A stretch of DNA of 64,000 nucleotides, from assembly GCA_026395055.1 (NCBI GenBank), contig JAPLZK010000004.1, forward strand, positions 82,805 through 146,804, given 5' to 3'. Numbering within the stretch: the stretch's first letter is position 1; every line of letters begins with the position of its first letter. The notes below the pieces were generated by a model. The model saw nothing but the letters and a program-made list of their open reading frames with translations, searched no databases and was not told the DNA's origin. The translations under genes were made by a program, and so were the position numbers. The stretch comes from Candidatus Uhrbacteria bacterium. GTDB taxonomy: Bacteria; Patescibacteriota; Patescibacteriia; UBA9934; GWF2-40-263. Shown piece by piece: positions 51,243-61,286 of the stretch.

Positions 51243-53000
51243 ATGTCGGAGGAAACACAAACCGTATTGCCAGACCGCGTCCTCGATTTCCTCAGTGATT
51301 TCGATGCGGTTAAGTTCGCGCAAGGGTTTGTGAAGACGTATGGATTGAAAGATGATGACGTGTCACGTGTTATGAACTTGGCAGAAGATGTTGTCTACGG
51401 TGAAGTCGCCGTAGACACGCTTCCTGCAGAGATGGTTTCTCGATTTAGTATCGACCAAACAAAATCCAAACAGGCCGCGCTTGAACTTGCAGAAGCTCGT
51501 TTGCTTCCTGTTCAAGAGGTTTTACCTGGCGTTGTACAGCAAATTCGTGCATGGGGTGGAGAGGTGGCGTTAAGTACAAAACCAGAAGCTGCGGCAATGA
51601 CGCCAGAGGTGTTTGTGCAAACATCCTTGCAGGATGTCATTAAGGAAATGCCTTCACATCTTCAGGGTCGCCTTGCGCACATTCTCGGACTTTACGTTTC
51701 AAAGCATTCCGACAAAGCTCTTGTCATGGATATGCTTACGCGATCTGAGAAAGTTGGTGGGGTTGAGTTTGGGGCAGAAGATGCGGAAGGGTTGTTATCG
51801 TTTGTGGATGAGAAGATGAAAGGAAAAAATATTGCGGTTGAACAGAGTGTTTTGGAAGAAAAGAAAATCGAAGCGCCAAAAAAGATCGAACTCATGGAAA
51901 CACCAAAAGTTGTTGTTGCTCCAAAGATTGTTGAGTCCGTTCCTGTTGTGAAAGAAGTTCCTGTAGCGATTGCGCCAAAAGATGTTCCCCCTGTTCGTAA
52001 TGAGGTAGAAGACGCACATGAAGTCGCGCAAGTTGCTTCTGCAAAGCAGACTGCCATGGAAACGCCTAAGCATGAACCCATGACCATTGAAGAAATGGTC
52101 GGACAGGTTTGCGCGCTCGAACCCATGAAGTTGCCAGACGGAACTCTTGTGGACAGATGCAAACAGATTGTTGAATCTCGATTACGAGAAGTACGTAATG
52201 CATCCGACACGCAAAAACAAATTGAACGTTCGATTGAAGCCGGTGGACTTGGTGTTTCTGGAAGAAAGTTGGCGGACATGATGCAAAGCATTGAGCACGC
52301 GTTTGATGCATTGCAACAACATGCATCCGAGAAAGTTGCACAGGAAAAATCTGTGTATCTTGAAAAGCAACAGTCACAAGAAATAGAAAAACAAACACTC
52401 GCGGAAAAAGAAGAAAAGATGATGACGAAGCGTTACGTTGAACTGACAGGGAAGATGCCAGACGCGCACGTATCACCCGCAGCACCTTCAAATGCGCGTG
52501 TAAGTGGATCTGTTTCAAAAGACGCAGCAATGGAACAACGTGCACAGAATATTGATACCGCGAAAGTTCGAAGTGTTATTGAGGCAACAAAAAAAGCAAA
52601 AGACCACCCCCAGCCCCTCCTTGTGAAGGAGGGGGGCTTGCAGCGGCCATCTGTTCAAGATGTGAAGTTTGTAAAGCGATTATCTGGGCCGATTGATGAA
52701 TTGCGTTCTGTGTCGCTTGTAGATTTTCGTCGTATGGCAAAGAGTCCGGGGCTTGCAACAGAAAAGATGATGAGTTTGGTTCAGTTGGTAGAAGATCAAG
52801 GATACGATAAACGTGTGGAGGCTATTCGCGCGTGGCAATCATCCCCACTTTATCAACAGTATCTCGCGATCGCGCGCAGTGCCATGCAAGAAGGAAAGCC
52901 TCTTGAAGACATGCGTGCACAACTCGCGAAACTCGGAGACACACTGACAAAAGAAGAGCTTGCGGCCATTTTACAATTGAACGGAGAGCTCAGATTCTGA
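51243..53000 (+). CDS. Hypothetical helical protein of the secretion-like cluster
   Basis: Long ORF; GG(L/V) repeats; GPIDEL..DFRR..AWQSSPLY. Confidence 0.7.
   Translation: MSEETQTVLPDRVLDFLSDFDAVKFAQGFVKTYGLKDDDVSRVMNLAEDVVYGEVAVDTLPAEMVSRFSIDQTKSKQAALELAEARLLPVQEVLPGVVQQIRAWGGEVALSTKPEAAAMTPEVFVQTSLQDVIKEMPSHLQGRLAHILGLYVSKHSDKALVMDMLTRSEKVGGVEFGAEDAEGLLSFVDEKMKGKNIAVEQSVLEEKKIEAPKKIELMETPKVVVAPKIVESVPVVKEVPVAIAPKDVPPVRNEVEDAHEVAQVASAKQTAMETPKHEPMTIEEMVGQVCALEPMKLPDGTLVDRCKQIVESRLREVRNASDTQKQIERSIEAGGLGVSGRKLADMMQSIEHAFDALQQHASEKVAQEKSVYLEKQQSQEIEKQTLAEKEEKMMTKRYVELTGKMPDAHVSPAAPSNARVSGSVSKDAAMEQRAQNIDTAKVRSVIEATKKAKDHPQPLLVKEGGLQRPSVQDVKFVKRLSGPIDELRSVSLVDFRRMAKSPGLATEKMMSLVQLVEDQGYDKRVEAIRAWQSSPLYQQYLAIARSAMQEGKPLEDMRAQLAKLGDTLTKEELAAILQLNGELRF
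52602..52636. repeat. Short palindromic element in frame (inverse of valS copy)
   Basis: gaccacccccagcccctccttgtgaaggagggggg. Confidence 0.8.
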
Positions 53001-53012
53001 TAGAATAAGCAT

Positions 53013-53444
53013 ATGCCAGAGCAATACGTGGTTCCACAATTTATTGATTCGGAAGATAAAATTTTCGGGCCGGTTACGGCACGACAGTTTATTATTTTGA
53101 TGGTAGTTGGACTCGTGGAATTTCTGTTGTTCAAATTATTATCGTTTGTTTTGTTTTTGGTGATTGGTGTGCCATTTTTGGCCATCGGAGGAATGATTGC
53201 ATTTACAAAGATCAATGGTCAGCCATTTCATTTTTTTATCTTGAACCTTGTTCAGACGATGAAGAAACCAAGACTACGTGTGTGGGATAAGACAGTAACA
53301 GATGCACAGTTACGCGATTACATCATCAAACCCCCACCTCTTGTCTTAACGCGTTTTGTTCATAAGGCATCCATTGGAACCTCTCGTATTGAAGAACTCA
53401 CGCTTGTGGTGAATACGGGGGGAGTTTATAAACCAGAAGAGTAA
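53013..53444 (+). CDS. PrgI family (VirB3-like) membrane protein
   Basis: QYVVPQFIDSEDKIFGPVTARQF, two TM segments, KINGQPF. Confidence 0.85.
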   Translation: MPEQYVVPQFIDSEDKIFGPVTARQFIILMVVGLVEFLLFKLLSFVLFLVIGVPFLAIGGMIAFTKINGQPFHFFILNLVQTMKKPRLRVWDKTVTDAQLRDYIIKPPPLVLTRFVHKASIGTSRIEELTLVVNTGGVYKPEE

Positions 53445-53446
53445 AA

Positions 53447-53520
53447 AGGGACTAGGGACGAGGGATAAGGGGTTCGTGGCGAATTAGCTACGAACCCCTC
53501 GCCCCTAACCCCTCGCCCCT
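53447..53520. repeat. Hairpin of AGGG/CCCT heptamer arms
   Basis: agggactagggacgagggataaggggttcgt ... acgaacccctcgcccctaacccctcgcccct. Confidence 0.85.
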
Positions 53521-53530
53521 CCAGATCCTT

Positions 53531-54217
53531 ATGCCTGAAATGCAATCTAAACAACTTGCGAAACCAAAACCTGGACCTGCAACCCAGCAGTATTTGGATA
53601 TCGCAGAAATTCGGGATGACATGGTTATTTTGAAAGACGGAACCGTTCGTTCGGTCTTGCTTGTGTCAAGCATTAATTTCGCGTTGAAATCTGGAGATGA
53701 ACAAGAAGCCATCATTCAGGGATACATGACGTTTTTGAACGGACTAGAATATCCTATTCAAATTGTGATTCAATCGCGCAAAATGAACATTGATGCGTAC
53801 ATGGGGCATTTGGCAGAGCAGCAAAAAAAGACCACGAACGACTTGTTGCGCGCACAGATCGTGGATTATCGCACGTTCGTGAATGAGCTCGTTGAACTTG
53901 GACAAATCATGCAGAAACGATTTTATCTTGTGCTTCCGTATGATCCTATTACAAACAAAGGAAAGAATTTCTTTGCACGCTTAGGAGACGCGTTGTCCCC
54001 AACAGCGGCCGCAAAGTTGAATCAAAAACAGATCGCGGATCGCATTGAGCAGCTCTCAAGACGTTCAGAACTCATTGCGGGAGAGTTAAGTAGCATGGGA
54101 CTTTCATCTGTCAGACTTGATACACAGGCACTGATCCAAATGTATTACGAGGTTTACAACCCAGATTTGTTTGACACAGAACGCATGGTAGATCTGAATC
54201 AGATTCTTCACGAATAA
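53531..54217 (+). CDS. TraC/VirB4-associated protein (N-terminal-like subunit)
   Basis: TQQYLDIAEIRD, INFALKS..EQEAII, FLNGL..PIQI..QSR. Confidence 0.75.
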   Translation: MPEMQSKQLAKPKPGPATQQYLDIAEIRDDMVILKDGTVRSVLLVSSINFALKSGDEQEAIIQGYMTFLNGLEYPIQIVIQSRKMNIDAYMGHLAEQQKKTTNDLLRAQIVDYRTFVNELVELGQIMQKRFYLVLPYDPITNKGKNFFARLGDALSPTAAAKLNQKQIADRIEQLSRRSELIAGELSSMGLSSVRLDTQALIQMYYEVYNPDLFDTERMVDLNQILHE

Positions 54218-54219
54218 AT

Positions 54220-56319
54220 ATGGCAATTGATATTGGGCAAATTAAATTGAACACCCCATCTGCTCCGCCACCAAAACCGGTTGCGCAAAAAGCGGCAGAT
54301 GTTCAGCTCGCGTCAGAACGCACGGTTTTGGAAGAAGAGCGTATCTATCGCCGAGGTGTTGTGACGGTTCGGGATTTGATTTCTCCGGCCGCGTTTGAGG
54401 TTACCCCAAAATATTTGCGTCTGTCTGGACTTTATGTCCGTACACTTTTTATCGTGACGTATCCACGTCACATTGGTCTTGGGTGGTCAAGTCCGATTAT
54501 CAATCTCAACAAGACATTTGATGTTGCCATGTTTTTTTACCCGCTTAAAGCGGAAATCATTTTGAAGCAACTTCAAAAAAAGGTAGGTATTTTTCAAGCA
54601 AAAATTTTAGGAGATGCAGACAAAGGCGCGCCACGTGATCCTCTTGCAGAAACGGCCCTTCGAGACATTGAAGATTTGCGTGATGCGCTGACGCAGGGGA
54701 TTGAACACTTTTTTCAATTCGCGTTTTATCTCACCATCTACGGAAAAGACATGGATGAACTGGATAAATTTTCTCAACAAGTCGAATCACTTTTTGGAAG
54801 CAAGTTGATTTACTCCAAAAGTGGATTCTATCAAACAGAACAAGGATTCAATTCAACGATTCCACTCGGAAACGACGAGCTCATGATTACGTACAACATG
54901 AACACGTCGCCGATTGCGGCTTCATTTCCGTTCATCAGTTCTGATTTGACATCCGACAACGGAATTTTGTATGGCGTGAACCGTCACAACAACTCGCTGA
55001 TTATTTTTGATCGATTTAGTTTGCAAAACGCAAACTCGGTTGTGTTTGCCACGTCTGGTGCAGGAAAGTCTTACACCATCAAGCTCGAGATTTTGCGTTC
55101 CCTCATGATGGGGGTGGATGTGATTGTTATCGACCCTGAAATGGAATACAACCATTTGTCTGATGCGGTGGGTGGAACATACATCAATGTGTCGCTCGCA
55201 TCAGATGCAAAGGTGAATCCGTTCGATTTGCCGCGCGCTATTGGAGAGGGAACAAAAGTGGAAGACATTATTCGAAGCGCGGTTATTACCCTGAAAGGAT
55301 TATTGCGTCTCATGATTGGCGTTCCGATTGGGGAACAGGGAAAGCTTGGATTTACTCCAGAAGAAGATTCTATTCTAGACCGAGCGTTGATCGAAACATA
55401 TGCGAAGAAAGACATTACGCCAGATACAAAGTCTTTGGCAGATGTTGAAACTCCCGTGATGAACGACTTCAAAGATGTTTTGGATGGAATGGAAGGTGCA
55501 GAAAATATTGTGGCACGTTTGAAAAAATATACGGACGGAACATTCTCGGGATTGTTGAATTCACCAACCACGGTCGCCATGAACAACCAGTTTGTGGTTT
55601 TCTCCGTGCGTGATTTGGAAGACGAACTTCGAGCTGTTTCCATTTACTCGATCGTGAACTACATCTGGAACGTTGTGCGTTCAGAACGCAAGAAACGCAT
55701 TCTCGTTATCGATGAAGCTTGGTGGCTCATGCAACAAGAAGAATCCGCAAAGTTTATTTTCGCTCTCGTGAAGCGCGCACGTAAATATTTCTTGGGAGTG
55801 ACAACGATTACACAGGACGTTGCAGACTTCCTTGGTTCACCCTATGGTCAGGCAATTGTGACAAACTCGTCCATTCAATTGTTGATGAAGCAATCTCCGT
55901 CTGGAGTTGAACGTGTGGTAAATACATTTAACCTCACGGATGGCGAAAAATTCTTGTTGCTTGAGTCTGGAGTCGGAGAAGGAATTTTCTTTGCTGGGCA
56001 AAAACATGCGGCCATTAAAGTGGTTGCGTCTTATGCAGAAGATCAGATTGTGACCACAAACCCACAACAACTTCTTGAAATGGAAAAGGCTCGTAAAGCT
56101 ATTGAAGCACAGGTTGCTGTAGAAGAAGAACCTCCGGAAGCACCTGTCGAAGCTCCTGTTGCGGTAGAAGAAAAAGAATTGGCGGGAGATGTAGACGCTG
56201 CTGCAAAAACACGTGAAGAACAAAACCTTGCTGCGTCTGGTGCGGCGCAAGACTTACTTGCACAAGAAGCAACAGGGCAAGCAGAAGCAGATCGGATTCG
56301 AAATTCGTTAACGTCGTAA
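54220..56319 (+). CDS. VirB4-like secretion ATPase
   Basis: Walker A ATSGAGKS, VIDPEMEY, Walker B ILVIDEAW, RARKY, ITQD. Confidence 0.9.
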   Translation: MAIDIGQIKLNTPSAPPPKPVAQKAADVQLASERTVLEEERIYRRGVVTVRDLISPAAFEVTPKYLRLSGLYVRTLFIVTYPRHIGLGWSSPIINLNKTFDVAMFFYPLKAEIILKQLQKKVGIFQAKILGDADKGAPRDPLAETALRDIEDLRDALTQGIEHFFQFAFYLTIYGKDMDELDKFSQQVESLFGSKLIYSKSGFYQTEQGFNSTIPLGNDELMITYNMNTSPIAASFPFISSDLTSDNGILYGVNRHNNSLIIFDRFSLQNANSVVFATSGAGKSYTIKLEILRSLMMGVDVIVIDPEMEYNHLSDAVGGTYINVSLASDAKVNPFDLPRAIGEGTKVEDIIRSAVITLKGLLRLMIGVPIGEQGKLGFTPEEDSILDRALIETYAKKDITPDTKSLADVETPVMNDFKDVLDGMEGAENIVARLKKYTDGTFSGLLNSPTTVAMNNQFVVFSVRDLEDELRAVSIYSIVNYIWNVVRSERKKRILVIDEAWWLMQQEESAKFIFALVKRARKYFLGVTTITQDVADFLGSPYGQAIVTNSSIQLLMKQSPSGVERVVNTFNLTDGEKFLLLESGVGEGIFFAGQKHAAIKVVASYAEDQIVTTNPQQLLEMEKARKAIEAQVAVEEEPPEAPVEAPVAVEEKELAGDVDAAAKTREEQNLAASGAAQDLLAQEATGQAEADRIRNSLTS

Positions 56320-56320
56320 T

Positions 56321-56890
56321 ATGATGAGTCCGAAACAACGTCGAAACACGATTGTGATCCTAAGCATTCTTTTGCTTTTGATTTTTCTTTGGTTGCTCTC
56401 GTTCTTGATTCCAAAATCAAAACCAAAAACAGAAGTGCCTGCTTCACAAACTTCCGCATCTACTCCGTCACAAACACCATTCACGACACAGCAATTAGAA
56501 CAAGAAAAAGTGGTGCGCACGCAAGCTTCTGGAATGACCACCACCGCAAAATTATTTGCGGAACGTTATGGAAGTTATTCAAATGAAGCAAACTTTCAAA
56601 ATATTCGTGACGTGATTCCACTCATGTCTGCAAAATTTGGTGCAGCAACAACAACAGCGCTTGCAACAAAAAAAGTGCCAATCGGATTTTACGGGATCAC
56701 CACACGTGTGATTACCGTGAAGGTTGTCTCACAAGATGAGAAAAAAGGAACAGCCGTGATCGACATGTCCACGCAGCGTGTAGAAGAAAACGGATCCGCA
56801 CAAAATACAACAACCAAGTATCAAGATATCGAACTTTCTTTTGTGAAAGAGTCTGGTGTATGGGTGGTGGATTCTGCAAAATGGTTATAG
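56321..56890 (+). CDS. Bitopic protein with NTF2/VirB8-like C-terminal domain
   Basis: N-terminal TM; FAERYGSYS; ends FVKESGVWVVDSAKW. Confidence 0.6.
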   Translation: MMSPKQRRNTIVILSILLLLIFLWLLSFLIPKSKPKTEVPASQTSASTPSQTPFTTQQLEQEKVVRTQASGMTTTAKLFAERYGSYSNEANFQNIRDVIPLMSAKFGAATTTALATKKVPIGFYGITTRVITVKVVSQDEKKGTAVIDMSTQRVEENGSAQNTTTKYQDIELSFVKESGVWVVDSAKWL

Positions 56891-57567
56891 ACGCATTGTT
56901 CCCAAGATTTTGTCTTTCGTGTAAACGCGAAGGGCAAATTTTTTGTTTAGACTGCGCATCGAATTGGATTGCAAGACCAGAACCGGTCGCGTGTCCGTTT
57001 TGTGGTATCCGAGGGTCAGCGCGAACATGTCTTCGTTGCCGAAAAGAGAATTATCTTGATGGACTCGTTTCGTATTTGCCATACGGAAACCCAATTGTTC
57101 GAGGGGTCATCGGGTATTGGAAATATGATGGGGATCGATCGGTTGAGCGAACACTGAAACAATGGATCGAACAATCACGCGGTCGACTTCGACCTGTTTT
57201 CGAAGAATTTGTTGTCACACACGTGCCAATCCATTCCTCGAGAAAGCGACTGCGAGGATTCGATCAGGCGGAGGTTTTGTCGAACTGGGTTGGTGAGATT
57301 TTCGATGCGCCTATCGAGATGTTACTCGTTCGATCGCGCAAAACAAAGCCGCAAGCAAAGACACATCATGATAAACGTCGTGTGGGATCCCTCGACGGGA
57401 TCTTTGAGATTCATCCGCAAGTCATTGAGCTTCCCGCACGCGTTTTGCTGTGCGACGACGTATTTACGAGCGGGGCAACCATGGATGCAGCTGCTAAATG
57501 CCTAAAAGACGCAGGGGTTGAAGAAGTATGGGGGTTTGTAATGGCAAAAGGATCTCATGAAGCTTGA
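56881..57567 (+). CDS. comF: ComF family phosphoribosyltransferase-like competence protein
   Basis: LFPRFCLSC double zinc ribbon, RGFDQAE, LLCDDVFTSGAT. Confidence 0.92.
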   Translation: MVIDALFPRFCLSCKREGQIFCLDCASNWIARPEPVACPFCGIRGSARTCLRCRKENYLDGLVSYLPYGNPIVRGVIGYWKYDGDRSVERTLKQWIEQSRGRLRPVFEEFVVTHVPIHSSRKRLRGFDQAEVLSNWVGEIFDAPIEMLLVRSRKTKPQAKTHHDKRRVGSLDGIFEIHPQVIELPARVLLCDDVFTSGATMDAAAKCLKDAGVEEVWGFVMAKGSHEA

Positions 57568-57660
57568 CATTTTCGCCAAAAACAGGTAGGTTTATCAGCC
57601 TTTGGACTACCGGCGCAGTGCCGGTTTTTTGAAGGGGTTTCCCCAAGGAGGGATAGGAAA

Positions 57661-58737
57661 ATGCTGAAGTTCCGTCAAAGCGTTTCGGTGGCCGTATTGG
57701 CTGCCTTTTTCCTGAGCACGACCGCGTGCCAGGAACGTGTTGTCTACACGTCGCCCGCCATGTCGGGTGGTGGTCAGACTGTTTCGGGGGCAGCTCCGGG
57801 CATCAGTCAGGAGCAGTTTGATCTGCAAGCCGCGATCGGTCTTCTGCGTACCAACAAGGTGCGTGATGCCGCGTCGCTCGAAGCGGTCATCAACGACCAG
57901 AGTTCTGGCATCAACAACATCGACCTCGATGGTGACGGCCAGATCGACTACATCGGCATTCAGGAATCGGTTTCCGGCAACGAGCGGCACATGGCTTTCA
58001 TGTCGTGTCCGTCCTCGAAGGTTGGCGAGCCGACCAAGATTGCGGACGTGACCATTCGCGACGACGGCCAACAAGTCTTCGTTGGTGGTGGGTACTCGAG
58101 CGTCTTTCAGGGTTATAACAGTTCGTACTATCAGTATTACGTCCCTCGGGCATCGTTTGGTGATGCGCTGTTCTTGGCCTGGATGCTGACGCCCTCGCGT
58201 CCGTATTATGCGTATCATCCGTACGGCTACGGTTGGGCCCCGCGTCGCGTTTACGCGCCGTCGGTTCTGACTTCCACGCGTACGTCGTCGACCATTACGC
58301 GCGAAGTGCGCATGGCTCCGGTCCAGAAGGCTGCTCCTCCGGCAAACTATGCCAAGGCCGCCGCGGTCAAGATGCCGCCGAGTCTCGCGAGCAAGCCGAC
58401 GGGACAGGGACTTTCCGGAACGGCCGGTCAGATGCGTGATTACAAGGTGAACAATAAGCCGGCTCAGGCTGGCACCGCGTTCGGTGCGACGAAGCCCGCG
58501 GCTCTGCCTGCGCCTTCCTCGCCCAAGCCCGCTTCGAGCGGTTGGGGAGGCGGTGGTTCTGCTGTGAAAGCTCCGTCGAGTGGCGGTGGCTGGGGTGGCG
58601 GTTCTTCCTCTGCGAAGCCTTCGGGTGGAAGCGGTTGGGGAGGTGGATCTTCTGCGTCGAAGCCCGCGAGCAGTGGCTGGGGTGGCGGCGGAAGTCGGAT
58701 GGGTGGCGGGTCTTCTGGCGGCGGTCGTCGGAAGTAA
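57661..58737 (+). CDS. Lipoprotein with EF-hand-like DLDGDGQIDY motif and Gly/Ser-rich low-complexity tail
   Basis: STTAC lipobox-like; repeated SGWGGGSS; AAGGAGG SD; GC-rich. Confidence 0.8.
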   Translation: MLKFRQSVSVAVLAAFFLSTTACQERVVYTSPAMSGGGQTVSGAAPGISQEQFDLQAAIGLLRTNKVRDAASLEAVINDQSSGINNIDLDGDGQIDYIGIQESVSGNERHMAFMSCPSSKVGEPTKIADVTIRDDGQQVFVGGGYSSVFQGYNSSYYQYYVPRASFGDALFLAWMLTPSRPYYAYHPYGYGWAPRRVYAPSVLTSTRTSSTITREVRMAPVQKAAPPANYAKAAAVKMPPSLASKPTGQGLSGTAGQMRDYKVNNKPAQAGTAFGATKPAALPAPSSPKPASSGWGGGGSAVKAPSSGGGWGGGSSSAKPSGGSGWGGGSSASKPASSGWGGGGSRMGGGSSGGGRRK

Positions 58738-58767
58738 TCAACCAACCAACACAAGGAGGAAGAGACC

Positions 58768-59931
58768 ATGAGTACACAGCTTGCGGCGCCCAGTGTGCAA
58801 AAGAAACGTCCGGATTGGCAGACGGAATCCATCTATCTGACGGTTCTGTACTTGCTTATCGAATGTCGGCAGAAGTTGCCGGTCATGTCGGACAATACAA
58901 CCGATGTCGGTTTCATCGAAAACGAACTCGGGGAAATGTACGCGAAGGGTCTCATCAAGATCAACGGCCCCTACTGGGAAGCGACGGACAAAAACGATCG
59001 CGACGTCAGTGGGAAGTTGGTTGGTGCGGCAAATGGCATTGCCTTCTTGGGTAAAGCGGTCGCCATGTGTGACCAGCTCATGAAGTTCGAGATTTTCGGC
59101 GGAGTTCGCCTGCAACAGGAGCTCAAGCCGCATGAACGTCTCGACGAAGATCCGTATCAGGTTCGTGATCACATCTGGGATCCGCGCTTCGTGGGTCCAA
59201 AGGAAGAAGATCCGGATGCGACCGATATGCGCATTGCGCAGATGATGTTCTTTTCGGAAATGATGTCGGATCAGATTGACGGCGTCGTCGATCCTCACCG
59301 CATCGTGTTTCTGCAAAAGCTCGCGTCGGGCCGACTCAAGGGGAAGGACTTCTGGTTCGACCTCAGGCTCGGTACGTTCTTCAAGGAAGTGGAAGCGATC
59401 GTCGCTTCTGCGTATGAGTGGCGTCAGATTGTTCCGGACGACGAGGCTCAGGCCATCGAAGTCATGAAGACCCTGTACGCCGCCGGCATGATCGAGAATC
59501 GCAAGCGCGCTCTCGACGCTGGCGAATGTTCCAACTGTCACATTCCGCTCGCGCTGTTCGAAGAAGAAGCCCGTAAAAACGGTGGTACGCTTCACGAGTG
59601 TCCGAATCCGGAATGCGGCGCAAGCTTTGATCCTCCGGCACCGCAAGGTTCGTCGGAAGCGTGTGCGTGCTGTGGCGAAGACATTTGGCCCGGCCAACGT
59701 CAGTGCTCTGGCTGCGGCGCAATCGTGGATCGTCGCTACACGCCCGGCAAGGTTGTGGAAACAGAACGTGTCACCACCTCGACGACCGTCGGCACGGTGT
59801 ATGATCCGTACTACGACACCTGGGGCTACGGCTACGGGTACTACGGTTATGCGCCGTACGGCTACTACGATCCCTGGAATCCGGTTGCCGACGTCGTCGC
59901 CTTCGGAATTCTCTGCGCAGTTCTTCTGTAG
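58768..59931 (+). CDS. Hypothetical protein with four CxxC-type zinc knuckles and Tyr/Gly-rich tail ending in a TM segment
   Basis: CSNC, CPNPEC, CACC, CSGC; AAGGAGG SD; GC-rich. Confidence 0.8.
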   Translation: MSTQLAAPSVQKKRPDWQTESIYLTVLYLLIECRQKLPVMSDNTTDVGFIENELGEMYAKGLIKINGPYWEATDKNDRDVSGKLVGAANGIAFLGKAVAMCDQLMKFEIFGGVRLQQELKPHERLDEDPYQVRDHIWDPRFVGPKEEDPDATDMRIAQMMFFSEMMSDQIDGVVDPHRIVFLQKLASGRLKGKDFWFDLRLGTFFKEVEAIVASAYEWRQIVPDDEAQAIEVMKTLYAAGMIENRKRALDAGECSNCHIPLALFEEEARKNGGTLHECPNPECGASFDPPAPQGSSEACACCGEDIWPGQRQCSGCGAIVDRRYTPGKVVETERVTTSTTVGTVYDPYYDTWGYGYGYYGYAPYGYYDPWNPVADVVAFGILCAVLL

Positions 59932-60017
59932 GAACTCATTCTCGCGATCTCTCACAAAGAGGTCGTTTTTTTCTTTCTTGTTTCGAGATATTAAAAATCC
60001 CCACGCGAGCGAGGGGA

Positions 60018-60548
60018 TTAAATGGCGAATTTGAGGAATTTTTTATCTGCCGCTCGAATTCCTTGTATAATTTCGTGCTTAAGGTCTGCGAACTTGGCGT
60101 CGAATCTGTCTGTGAAGTGGAGAAGATCCGCTTTTGTGGCAAAACGATTCAGATCTTCTTTTGTGGCAAAACGATTTAAATCTGTGGCTATTTTTGTCTC
60201 AAGTTTTGCGATAGCCTGTTCCAATTCTATTTTTGTTGCGGCAGTTTCAATGATCCATTCGAATTTTTCTTCTGTTTCTGTTTTAAATTCGTGCATCTCA
60301 GATTTAAATTCGTTCATTTCTGATTTAAACTCATGCATCTCGGATTTAAACTCGTGCATTTCTTGGCGAAAGGATTTGTTTTCCGATTTGGATTCTGTGA
60401 GTTCTGTTTTAACGTATGCTAAAACTTCTAAAATTTTCTTGTTTGTTTCATCTATGTTATTTAATCGAACATCAATACCACCCAATCGTGTTTCTACGCG
60501 ATCAAAACGATGTTCGATATTTGATGTTTGATCAAGTTTGCTTGTCAT
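60018..60548 (-). CDS. Coiled-coil protein with tandem heptad and ATKxDL repeats
   Basis: EM(H/N)EFK(S/T) x4 (21-nt repeats), LNRFATK x2 (24-nt repeats). Confidence 0.7.
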   Translation of the reverse strand: MTSKLDQTSNIEHRFDRVETRLGGIDVRLNNIDETNKKILEVLAYVKTELTESKSENKSFRQEMHEFKSEMHEFKSEMNEFKSEMHEFKTETEEKFEWIIETAATKIELEQAIAKLETKIATDLNRFATKEDLNRFATKADLLHFTDRFDAKFADLKHEIIQGIRAADKKFLKFAI

Positions 60549-60648
60549 AAGATCTTGGTTTTAAAACTCTCGAATATTTTTTATTCAAGAGTTTTACTGC
60601 TTTTATTTCACCAAAAAATTTTACGTTTGTCAATGCATCGTCTGTGGA

Positions 60649-61194
60649 TTAATGGTGATGATGAACAAAAGGTTCTGCGTTTGTTTTGTATGTCAGAGTT
60701 ACAATTCCATTCTCACGTTCTTGTTTCGAGATGAACTTCAGTTTCTCAAGAAAATTATCCTCCGCGAACACACGCTTTCCTTCGCCCACGAGAACAGGTT
60801 CGATATTTAAAATGATTTCGTTCACGAGACGTGTCTTGAGGAATGCTGTGTTCACCATCGAACCTCCGCACACAAATGCGTGATCAAATCCAGACTCGGC
60901 AAGAAAGTGCATGGCTTCGTCAGGGGAGGGGAGAACTACAAATTCAGGACCGACTTCCATGTTTACATCGCTCGAGAGAATGATTTTTGTGACACCGGCA
61001 ATATCCTGAAATCCAATCTCTTCATTCCAGCTTTTAATCGCCTCATACGTTTTTCTTCCAATGATCACATTGCCATATTCATGACAAAATCGAACATAAT
61101 CCGCCCAGTGTGCGTTTGAGATAAAGTCTTCCTCGCCATTTTCGCGCGCAATGAATCCGTTGACCGACATGGCCATGAAGAGGGTGGTGTGCAT
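60649..61194 (-). CDS. Dihydrofolate reductase / RibD C-terminal family protein
   Basis: MAMSVNGFIA, GRKTYE, CGGS, EPVLVGEGKRVF. Confidence 0.88.
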   Translation of the reverse strand: MHTTLFMAMSVNGFIARENGEEDFISNAHWADYVRFCHEYGNVIIGRKTYEAIKSWNEEIGFQDIAGVTKIILSSDVNMEVGPEFVVLPSPDEAMHFLAESGFDHAFVCGGSMVNTAFLKTRLVNEIILNIEPVLVGEGKRVFAEDNFLEKLKFISKQERENGIVTLTYKTNAEPFVHHHH

Positions 61195-61286
61195 AATGAT
61201 TGGATTATAACAAAAAACCAGGGTTTTTGTCTTTAAAGAAGGGTTGATTATTTTTTACGAATCCCGTAAGCTATCGGCACCTTCAT

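Noticed and set aside
48211-56890. Integrative conjugative element or prophage
   Set aside because: No integrase, relaxase, att repeats or phage genes; native composition
58738-59955. 405-aa antisense ORF
   Set aside because: Shadow of the GC-rich + strand gene, which has the SD and zinc motifs
60120-60365. Possible CRISPR array
   Set aside because: Contiguous in-frame coding repeats without spacers; no cas genes in the window
60920-60937. Third copy of the valS palindrome in the DHFR-like gene
   Set aside because: Only a short half match, in a position where VLPSPDEA is an ordinary DHFR-like sequence
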